DNA of 53,742 nt from Myxococcota bacterium. GTDB lineage: Bacteria; Myxococcota_A; UBA796. A model generated the notes under the pieces. That model did no database searches, was not told the DNA's origin, and worked only from the letters and a program-made list of their open reading frames with translations. How positions within the stretch are numbered: the stretch's first letter is position 1; each line of letters starts with the position of its first letter. Shown piece by piece: positions 44,670 to 52,628 of this stretch. A program made the translations under genes and the position numbers. Location: NCBI GenBank assembly GCA_038520555.1, contig JBCBLB010000001.1:1-53742 (forward strand), given 5' to 3'.

Positions 44670-47123
44670 ATGCCCAAGTCTACGCGCCTCCTGTTTGGAG
44701 GCTTGCTCTCGATCGGGTTGTTCAGCCTGATGACGTCTTCACCGCTCGCTCCGCAGGAAGACGCCTCCGCCCCAGATACGACCCGCCATACCGATTTGTC
44801 CTCAGGGCCCGGATCCATCGCAGCCGTTCCGATCTCCCCTGTCCCCTTCACCGGCGATCGCGGTGTTTCTGTCTCCTCGTCGACGATCCAGGTGATGCAA
44901 ACGGTTCAGCAGGCCTGGATCGCGGATCAAGCGCTCATCCGCCCCACAGACGCTGCGTCGTTGGAGCGCATCCTGGCCACGTGGCCGGTCGATCTGATCC
45001 GTGACAGCCAGCACAGCGGCCTGGCGGTCGTCACCGTGCCGGATGGGCTGGAAGCGTCCGAGTTCATCGATGCGTTGGGCCTTGAAGGCCTTATCGCTGA
45101 GGGCGCGATGCATGGCCGCATCGTCGGCGCGAGCGCGGAGCGCTCGCTCGTCGACATGCAGTGGCACCTCGGCACCGCGGATGTACGCAGTGATACCGGA
45201 GATGACGCGCTGGAGCGTCTGAACCACTACACCGTCGCCGTCCTCGACACCGGCGTCGCCTATCAGGATGACGGGCGGTATCGGGCAGCCCCGTCCCTGC
45301 TCGGGTCCACCATCGTGGCGCCCCATGACTTCGTCAACGGCGATGGTCAAGCCTATGATGACCATCAACATGGCACCCACATCGCCAGCGTGATCGCCTC
45401 CAACGGATCGGTTCAGGGCGTCGCGCCAGGCGTGAGCCTGATGCCGTTGAAGGTCCTCGATGAGAACAACTCCGGCTACGAGATCGATCTCATCGAGGCC
45501 ATCTACCACGCCGTCGACAACGGCGCGGACGTCATCAACATGAGCCTGTCGTTCGGCCTGAAGTATGTCCCCAGCGCGGCGCTGCTCGATGCCCTCGACT
45601 ACGCCGACAAGGCAGGCGTCATCATGGTCGCAGCATCCGGCAACGACGGCGCGAAGAAGGTCGCATGGCCCGCCAGAAGCCCAATGGTCATCGCCGTTGG
45701 TGGGCGATGTGATGTCACACTGAAAGACCACAATGGCCAGACCTGGGACGTCACGTCCGAGGCAACCTACGCAAACACGGGCCCAGCGTTGGACCTGACC
45801 GCACCCTCAGGGTGCCTGGACCAGGACCTCAACAGCGACGGCCGGCCAGATGGCATCATCGCAGAGAGCATCTCTCTTCAACGCCCCGAGCAGATCGGCT
45901 ACTGGGCCTATGCCGGCACGAGCCAGGCCGCCGCGATGGTCTCTGGAACCGTGGCACGCATGCTCGCCGACGGGGTCCCGCCTCAGGACATCACCGCGGT
46001 CCTTCACAAGGGCGCAGAAGATCCACAATCTCACTGGATCTTCAACCTCGGGCTCGGCATCGGCGCGCTCGATGTCTACAAGACACACCAGGAGATCGAG
46101 ATTCTCGATCTCCCAGACAACAACACCGATGATGACGATGATGACGATAATGAGGGGCTCAACCGTCTCCACTTCGGCGTCTCGATGATGCCGTACCTTC
46201 GCGACAACGGGGACGGGACCGTCTCCCCGTCTGCACAGATCCACCTCGTCGAGACCGAGGGACGCAACTACCAGGGTCAGCTCTTCCTCCGGCTGATGGG
46301 CGACACCGACGACGACTTCTCGTGTTACGTGTCGAACTTCTACGGACAGTGCGACTACATCGGCGACCCGGTCCCTGCGCTGGTGGACGGAGTCCCTGCG
46401 CCGCTGGTCTGGCAGTTCTCCGTCGAAGCGCTCGTCACCCAGGAGAACAGCGTCTATCGCCCAGAGCGGATGATCTATGGGTCTCCAGAGCTGGAGTCCG
46501 CGGTCTCCGCGATGGGAGCCGATCCATCAACGCAGTCCGCCATTCTGGGCTTCCACTGGCTCCCCGGTGATTCGGACCTCGGCCCGCTCGCAGAGTCCTT
46601 TATGGCGGTGGACACCGGGACCGGCATCGCCACCAGCCCGTTCGGCGTCTTGATGACCCCACCGGCGATCCTGCCGACCTTCACGGCCACAGCCTTGAAC
46701 TTCGGCACGAACGGAACCGGCATCGCCACCAGCCCCTTCACCATCCAGCTGCTGCAGCTGCCGCCGTTTGACCCCGTCAGAAAACGCGGCCTGAAGGCCT
46801 TCCCCTCTGGGATGAACCTCGCAACCCTTGATGGGACCGGCATCGCCACCAGCCCGTTCGGTCCCATCCGCGTCCTCACACCCCCCATGCCCGGTCCGGT
46901 CAACCCCGGCATCACCCAGCCCATCATGCTCGGCAGCGGGCTCATCGGCGGCGTCCCCGCCGAACAGATCGCAGACTCTGCGCTCGCCGCAAAGATCGCC
47001 GACGGAGGCTGGGTCAGCCTGGACGGGCATCAGGTCGCGTCGAGCATCGCCGCCAGTAGCCTGTACCCAGCGATCGAAACCAACGGCTCGTCCAGCACCG
47101 GCGCAGCCCCAATCGATCCCTGA
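44670..47123 (+). CDS. Secreted subtilisin-like (S8) serine protease with a repeat-bearing C-terminal extension
   Basis: ATG 44670 is followed by a signal peptide (LLFGGLLSIGLFSLMTSSPLAP). The catalytic triad contexts are VAVLDTGV, HGTHIASVIA and GTSQAAAMVSG. A poly-Asp run (NNTDDDDDDDNEG) and 3 x GTGIATSPF are present. Confidence 0.9.
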   Translation: MPKSTRLLFGGLLSIGLFSLMTSSPLAPQEDASAPDTTRHTDLSSGPGSIAAVPISPVPFTGDRGVSVSSSTIQVMQTVQQAWIADQALIRPTDAASLERILATWPVDLIRDSQHSGLAVVTVPDGLEASEFIDALGLEGLIAEGAMHGRIVGASAERSLVDMQWHLGTADVRSDTGDDALERLNHYTVAVLDTGVAYQDDGRYRAAPSLLGSTIVAPHDFVNGDGQAYDDHQHGTHIASVIASNGSVQGVAPGVSLMPLKVLDENNSGYEIDLIEAIYHAVDNGADVINMSLSFGLKYVPSAALLDALDYADKAGVIMVAASGNDGAKKVAWPARSPMVIAVGGRCDVTLKDHNGQTWDVTSEATYANTGPALDLTAPSGCLDQDLNSDGRPDGIIAESISLQRPEQIGYWAYAGTSQAAAMVSGTVARMLADGVPPQDITAVLHKGAEDPQSHWIFNLGLGIGALDVYKTHQEIEILDLPDNNTDDDDDDDNEGLNRLHFGVSMMPYLRDNGDGTVSPSAQIHLVETEGRNYQGQLFLRLMGDTDDDFSCYVSNFYGQCDYIGDPVPALVDGVPAPLVWQFSVEALVTQENSVYRPERMIYGSPELESAVSAMGADPSTQSAILGFHWLPGDSDLGPLAESFMAVDTGTGIATSPFGVLMTPPAILPTFTATALNFGTNGTGIATSPFTIQLLQLPPFDPVRKRGLKAFPSGMNLATLDGTGIATSPFGPIRVLTPPMPGPVNPGITQPIMLGSGLIGGVPAEQIADSALAAKIADGGWVSLDGHQVASSIAASSLYPAIETNGSSSTGAAPIDP
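46617..46861 (+). repeat. Three near-identical nucleotide copies encoding GTGIATSPF
   Basis: GGGACCGGCATCGCCACCAGCCCGTTCGG at 46617-46645 is identical to 46833-46861. The core ACCGGCATCGCCACCAGCCC also occurs at 46716-46735. Confidence 0.9.
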
Positions 47124-47246
47124 CCGGACCGACGGATGCCATCCCCACCCCGGCTCAACCAATGCGCCGGGGTGTTCCAGATCGAAGGGTCTGTCTACGA
47201 CAACAATCACGAAGAACACGGATCAGGGCTGCATCAACCACATGAG

Positions 47247-47303
47247 ATGACATTCATCATACGAAGCCGATGTTTCATATGATGAATGTCATATGAAACA
47301 TCG
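47247..47303. repeat. Two interleaved, mutually exclusive perfect A/T-rich hairpins in a convergent intergenic region (possible bidirectional terminator or switch)
   Basis: A is ATGACATTCATCATA (47247-47261), pairing with TATGATGAATGTCAT (47278-47292). B is CGATGTTTCATATG (47268-47281), pairing with CATATGAAACATCG (47290-47303). A' overlaps both B and B'. Confidence 0.6.
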
Positions 47304-47328
47304 CGACATGACACAACCAGGAATCCAC

Positions 47329-49365
47329 TCAGTCGAAGTTCCGGGCGCCATAGTCCAGGCTTGTGGAAGCATCGCCGTTCAGGCCTGCACGACCGAGGGT
47401 GATGGTCGCATCGATGGGCAGCCAGTCGGCGCCATCGTTGAGGTCTGCGTCGTAAAGCCCGAAGCTTGCGCCGCCCTCTGCCTGTGAGGTGCCCTCACAG
47501 TTTTCACACTGTGGCGCCGCGTCACCGCCATCGCCGGTCTGGATCGTGGATCGGATGAGGACGGGAGCGATGCCTGTGCCGACGTAGACACCGAATGAGG
47601 GCCCGCCTGCACCAGAGCCGCCAGCGCCTCCGCGTCCTCCTGCAGCGCCGTCACCGCCATCACCGGCGTTGCCGATGCCTGAACTGCCAGATGTTCCAGC
47701 GGCGCCGACCTGGCCTGTACTTCCTCGGCCCCCATCGCCGCCGTCTCCCACGGTGACTGCGATATCTTCGATGAAGACGCTGTCGATATCGAACAGGAAG
47801 ACCCCGATCGAGGCGCCGCCGCCCGGGCCAGACCGGCCTCCCTCGCCACCGCGGCCACCGGCGCCGCCAGCGCCGCCGTTGTTGCCTGTGCTCCCCGCCG
47901 CGTTTCCACCGCCGCCGCCGCCGCCGCCGCCGCCGTGTCCACCCGCCGTGCCGACGGTGCCGTCTCCTCCGATGAAGCCGCTGGCGTCTGCGCTGCCATA
48001 TGCGTCTCCGCCTTCGCCGTCGGTCCCCGACGGTCCTGCGCTCCCGTTGCGTCCATTGCCGAACGGATCCCCCGCGCGGCCCCCGCGGCTCCCGGCGCCA
48101 GCATGTCCCGACGGCGGCCACGCTGGCCACCAGACCCCGCCACCGCCGCCACCGCCTGCGTTGGGATGCCCCTCCGCCGGCCCGCTGTGTGGCTCAGCAG
48201 CCGCGGCGGCGCCCCCGGAGCCCGCATCCACCACGGTCTGCACGACATCCAACATCTCCAGGCCGCTGGCGAAGATGCCGTAGACATCTCCGGGATCTTC
48301 CGCCAGACCCGCCGCCCGGTCCACGTCTCCGGTGTAGATGACGCAGTCCTGGATGACCAGTCCGCCAGTACGGCCCGCCTCCGCCTCGGTCCCGGCCTCA
48401 GTCCCGGCCTCAGTCCCGGTGGCTCGAATGCCATAGACGTCCCGGTTCGGTGTCTTCGAACCAATGGCGACGATCTGAAGCCGAGACAAGACCGACACTG
48501 TCGAGATATCGGCCAACCAGGCGCCGCAGCGATCGGTCTCCATCTCCGTCAGCGGTGCGCCGTGGTCGACCTCCCACGTCGCAGAGAAGCCGCCGTGCAG
48601 GGACACCCCGTCGGGCAGGTGGAGCGCCGCGTCGTCGGCGCACGCCTCGACCGCTCGGCGTTCTCCTCCGGGCAGCACGTTGTCTTCCCCGATCAGGTAG
48701 CCGTCCTCCGTGGCGCGAATGTACACGTCCAGCCCCCCCCCACTCTCGTCGCTGCGGAGCAGGTTGAGGGCATGATCAACGCTTTTGTAGGGCGCGTCCG
48801 GCGAGCCGTCTCCTGCCTCATCGGATCCGTCGACGCCATCGACGAACATGGCCGCGTCGATGTCTTCGAGGACGGTGACGGCGACCTCGACCGGCTCGCT
48901 CTGGCGATCTCCGGCTTGAACCACCAGCGAGAAGCGGACGGTGATCACCTCCCATGGGGCGACGAAGGTGGGTGACTCTCCATAGAGCGCGCCTTCGCCG
49001 TCGGTGACGTCCGGTCCGGCGATCTGGGTCCAGATGAACGTGAGGGCCTGCCCCTCTGGGTCGATGCTGCCCGCCGCGGTCAACATGGCGGTGAAGCCCT
49101 GGCTGACGAACGGAGGGGCGCTCGCCTCTGCACGGGGCGGCTCTAAGGGGTCGGGCACATCGCCGGTGTCCTCGACGTCGCCGGTGTCTTCCTCGGCGGT
49201 GTCGGGCTGTGGGTCGGCGGTGTCGTCAGCGGCGGTGTCGTCAGCGGCGGTGTCGCCTGCGACCGGGCCCTGCGGGCCCGGGCCTTCTGGGGCCGGGCTG
49301 CAGGCCGTCGCCCACCCGACCGCGGCAAACGCGACGATGGGAAGGCTCGAAGGAACAAAACGCAT
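47329..49365 (-). CDS. Lipoprotein with an acidic linker, an Ig/PKD-like domain, a beta-helix-like region and a long Gly-rich (GGxGG) tract
   Basis: AGGAG precedes ATG 49365. Lipobox-like WATAC is followed by a DT/ED-rich linker. ALTFIWTQIAGPDV...VRFSLVVQAGD resembles a PKD/Ig-like domain. FVDGVDGSDEAGDGSPDAPYKSVDHAL is DUF1565-like. About 250 aa of GGAGGxG repeats follow. Confidence 0.8.
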   Translation of the reverse strand: MRFVPSSLPIVAFAAVGWATACSPAPEGPGPQGPVAGDTAADDTAADDTADPQPDTAEEDTGDVEDTGDVPDPLEPPRAEASAPPFVSQGFTAMLTAAGSIDPEGQALTFIWTQIAGPDVTDGEGALYGESPTFVAPWEVITVRFSLVVQAGDRQSEPVEVAVTVLEDIDAAMFVDGVDGSDEAGDGSPDAPYKSVDHALNLLRSDESGGGLDVYIRATEDGYLIGEDNVLPGGERRAVEACADDAALHLPDGVSLHGGFSATWEVDHGAPLTEMETDRCGAWLADISTVSVLSRLQIVAIGSKTPNRDVYGIRATGTEAGTEAGTEAEAGRTGGLVIQDCVIYTGDVDRAAGLAEDPGDVYGIFASGLEMLDVVQTVVDAGSGGAAAAAEPHSGPAEGHPNAGGGGGGGVWWPAWPPSGHAGAGSRGGRAGDPFGNGRNGSAGPSGTDGEGGDAYGSADASGFIGGDGTVGTAGGHGGGGGGGGGGNAAGSTGNNGGAGGAGGRGGEGGRSGPGGGASIGVFLFDIDSVFIEDIAVTVGDGGDGGRGSTGQVGAAGTSGSSGIGNAGDGGDGAAGGRGGAGGSGAGGPSFGVYVGTGIAPVLIRSTIQTGDGGDAAPQCENCEGTSQAEGGASFGLYDADLNDGADWLPIDATITLGRAGLNGDASTSLDYGARNFD

Positions 49366-49398
49366 GGTGGGCTCCTGTGGCTGCGAAGCAGAGGCGGA

Positions 49399-52155
49399 TT
49401 ACTCGACCCAGTAATGAACGACGTCGATCTGCTGGCCGGTGGCCGGGTCAACGTGGAGATAGGTGAACAGCCCCCAGTCGTACTCGTTGGCTGCATGGTG
49501 CTCTTCGGGGATGTCGGCGACGGTACCGGTCGCGGTGGTCTTGCTGCCGCGGATGACCGAGAAGCTGCTGGAAGACGTGGTGCCGACCTGAAGCTCGAAG
49601 CCACCGCCGACGACGGACTCAGTGGTCACCTTGAGCCGGAGGATGTCGTTGAGGCGGCCGCTGTGGGTCTTGGTGCCCAGGGTCTCATAGGAGATGGACT
49701 GGGCGACGATGCCGTTGCCAGGGTTGACGCTGGCCGGCCCGACCTCCATCGTCACCAGCTCTCCCATCGGCAGCACTCCATCCACCAGCTCATGGAAGTC
49801 GCGCACATCGAAGACGCCGCCGTCCAAAAACGTCGCCTCTTCCATCTCGGTGTTCAGCGTCGCCAGCTCCAGCTCCGACGAGCGCTGCACGAGCGCGTCC
49901 TTGTCACCGACGGTGGGGTAGCTGAGCGGCTCCCCGGCGGTGTGATGGAACACCTCTCCGGAGATGGGCGGCGCGCCCGCGACGGTGTTGCGCTCGTAGT
50001 GGTCGAGGGGCACCTTATAGGTCGAGATCTCTCTCGGCAGCGCCATCACGATCTCGGAGCCGACCACCTCCGGCTGGGGATGCGAGACGATCGTATAGGT
50101 GTAGATGTCATAGGGGATCGCGGTGAAGATGACCTCGTCGGTGATCGGGGCGGTGGTATAGGTCACCGTCTTGGTGACGGTGTAGCCCGATGACCACGAC
50201 GTCCCCACGCTGGCGGTCACGCGCCGGGTGATCTCTTTCTTCGTCTCGGCGATGATAAAGTCCCCCTTCGCGATGAACAGCGAGGCGCCGCCCGCGGAGA
50301 CGGAGAAGCTGGAAGCGACCGTCGTGCCTGTGGTATCGGAAGACCCATACGCGGTTCGGCAGCGGTTGTTGTCCTGACCGTAGAGGTCCTCGGGGTAGCA
50401 GGGCGCCGCAGCGAGGACCGCCAGGACGATGGGCTCGGTATAAATCACCTGATGGGCGGCGTCGGAGATCTTCACCACCGTCGCGTCTGCGTTGTCGACG
50501 TCGACGGACAACAGCGCGGGGGCGACGTCGGGGAGCGTGCCGTCGATGGCGACCGCGTGCATCATCCGCCAGCCGCCCGCGCCGTCCTCGGTTCGCGCGT
50601 CGCCGTCGTTGGCCTCTCCGAAGATCTGCAGCGTCCCCGGCTCTGAGAGGTAGATCGCGAGGTCCTCGCGCCCGTCGTTGGTGAAGTCGCCTGCGGCGAA
50701 GCGGACGGCGCCATCGACGATCTCATCGCCGCCTTCCAGCCCAAGCTCCGCGTCGCTCAGCGCGTACTTTGTGCTCCAGGCGTTCTCCGGGGACAGCTCG
50801 TCGAAGATCATCTGGTTGACCGACAGCTCCAGCCGCCCATCCCCGTCGACGTCCAGCGCCTGCGCGAAGACCGCGTCGACCGAGGCGCTCGTCTCATGGC
50901 AGGCGCGCCGGCCGGGGCCGGATGCGAAGCCATCGATCCGGTCCTCGATCGAGAAGACCGTATAGGCGACCGGACAGTCCCCCTCGCCCGAGCGGGAATA
51001 CAGACCGCCGAAGACGATCTCATCGAGGCCATCCCCATCAAAGTCATCCACGACGACGTCGGACAGCTCCGCGACCCGAGGCAGACCGTCGATCGTGCCA
51101 CCGACGGTGCCTGCACCGATCTCGGACAGCGCCATGTTCAGATCGTCGACGATCCAGTAGCGGCTCTTGCCCGTCTCCTGATCACCGACGAGATAGCGCT
51201 CTTCCAGCACCACCACGATCTCATCGCCCCGATCGAAGTCGACGTTCCCTGCGGCGAGGCGCACCGCCCCGACGCTGTCCGGAGCAGACAGCGACCAGGC
51301 AGGCGTCACCGCCTGCTCGATGAAGCCCCCCTCAGCGTAGGCGTACACCGACAGGGTGAAGCTGCGGCCGTCCTCTGCGAACGTTGCGATCACAAGGTCG
51401 TCGTCGCCGTCGCCGTCCGCGTCCGCGACCGCGGCCGACCACGTGCCAGGCGCCGCCCCAAGCGACAAGCCGCTGGTCTCACCGAAGCCCTCGACCCGAT
51501 CTTCGAACACCGCCGCGGTCAGCGTCCCCTCGACCACCGACAGCCCCACGATCTCCTCACGACCGTCTGCATCGAGATCTGCGGCGACGGACTGCGCATG
51601 GTCGTAGGTGTCAAGCTCCTGGAGGGTATCCGTGGTGAACCACGTGTTGGTCACATCGTTGGCGTCCAGCTCCAGCCACCCCCCAACAGCGGTCGTCCGC
51701 GGGCGCGCCACCCCGCCCAGGAACAGCTCACGGGTCCCGATCGGCGCGGTGTCGTCCGCGCCACGAAGGTCCGACTCTGCGCCCGGAGGGTTGGCGTAGA
51801 ACGAGACCGTCGCCCCGAGCGGCGCATAGTCCTCCGGGAGCGGCTCACCGTCCGGGCCGAGACGCGGCGACTCGGTATCCACAGTCACCCCGAGCACTTC
51901 CAGACAGCCCCGGACATCCTCCGGATCGCAATCCGTCGGGGTGTCCGCGCCGGTGTCTTCCGCATCGTCGTCGGTGTCGTCGGTGTCGGTGTCATCAGCA
52001 ACACCCGTGTCCGGCTCAACGATGTCCGTGTCTTCGGTGTCGGTGTCTTCAGCGCGCGGCTGATCGACAGGGGCGTTGTCACAGCCGACGAACGCTGCGG
52101 TGAGACACAGCGACAGAATTCCGCATGCGCGGTCGTAAAGAGGCATAAAACCCAT
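49399..52155 (-). CDS. FG-GAP/VCBS-type beta-propeller lipoprotein with a ~330-aa beta-rich Ser/Thr C-terminal domain
   Basis: The start is ATG 52155 or 52146. Lipobox AAFVGC is followed by a DT-rich linker. Six DxDxDG-type loops are present (DLDADGREEIV, DADGDGDDDLV, DDFDGDGLDEIV, LDVDGDGRLEL, GDFTNDGREDLA...). The C-terminal part includes TASVGTSWSSGYTVTKTVTYTTA. Confidence 0.85.
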   Translation of the reverse strand: MGFMPLYDRACGILSLCLTAAFVGCDNAPVDQPRAEDTDTEDTDIVEPDTGVADDTDTDDTDDDAEDTGADTPTDCDPEDVRGCLEVLGVTVDTESPRLGPDGEPLPEDYAPLGATVSFYANPPGAESDLRGADDTAPIGTRELFLGGVARPRTTAVGGWLELDANDVTNTWFTTDTLQELDTYDHAQSVAADLDADGREEIVGLSVVEGTLTAAVFEDRVEGFGETSGLSLGAAPGTWSAAVADADGDGDDDLVIATFAEDGRSFTLSVYAYAEGGFIEQAVTPAWSLSAPDSVGAVRLAAGNVDFDRGDEIVVVLEERYLVGDQETGKSRYWIVDDLNMALSEIGAGTVGGTIDGLPRVAELSDVVVDDFDGDGLDEIVFGGLYSRSGEGDCPVAYTVFSIEDRIDGFASGPGRRACHETSASVDAVFAQALDVDGDGRLELSVNQMIFDELSPENAWSTKYALSDAELGLEGGDEIVDGAVRFAAGDFTNDGREDLAIYLSEPGTLQIFGEANDGDARTEDGAGGWRMMHAVAIDGTLPDVAPALLSVDVDNADATVVKISDAAHQVIYTEPIVLAVLAAAPCYPEDLYGQDNNRCRTAYGSSDTTGTTVASSFSVSAGGASLFIAKGDFIIAETKKEITRRVTASVGTSWSSGYTVTKTVTYTTAPITDEVIFTAIPYDIYTYTIVSHPQPEVVGSEIVMALPREISTYKVPLDHYERNTVAGAPPISGEVFHHTAGEPLSYPTVGDKDALVQRSSELELATLNTEMEEATFLDGGVFDVRDFHELVDGVLPMGELVTMEVGPASVNPGNGIVAQSISYETLGTKTHSGRLNDILRLKVTTESVVGGGFELQVGTTSSSSFSVIRGSKTTATGTVADIPEEHHAANEYDWGLFTYLHVDPATGQQIDVVHYWVE

Positions 52156-52628
52156 CCCCCGAGAGAGCGTGATTGGAGACAACGCGTTGGCTGTGTTCGC
52201 CAAGGCACCTTGTCGGTACCCCGATGGACCCGGAAGACGCCAGAGAACACCACACCGGAACCCATCCGTCGTTCCAAAGACCTTTGCAAGTTGTCATCGA
52301 GATCGTTGCGAACCAACCCGCTCCCGATCGCCCTCCCGCCTCACCACCTGTTACAATCCAGAATTCTCGAAATAAATATGCTGCAATCTTCTCTTTAGAG
52401 AAGAAGATGAGCAATACCGGGAGAGAGGCGTTGTTCCGGATTGTTACATCGACGGATCGGGCGCGGCCCGTCACATGACTGTCACTTCGATACTGAGCAA
52501 CATGCCGAAAATATTGATTAATCCTTCTAAAAAGGACTCCACCATCGCCCTGTTGGCAACGGGGTGGGCGTCTCTGGGTCAACCGTGTGACATCCTCTAT
52601 ACAGTTACGGAAAGAGAGGAGGGGGAGC

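Noticed and set aside
52290-52314. GTTGTCATCGA and GTTGCGAACC in the R2-side intergenic region might have been inverted relatives of the CCGATGCAAC operator candidate.
   Set aside because: The match needs an indel or reaches only 6/10 identities, and the spacing is 15 nt. This is too weak to claim a shared motif without a statistical scan.
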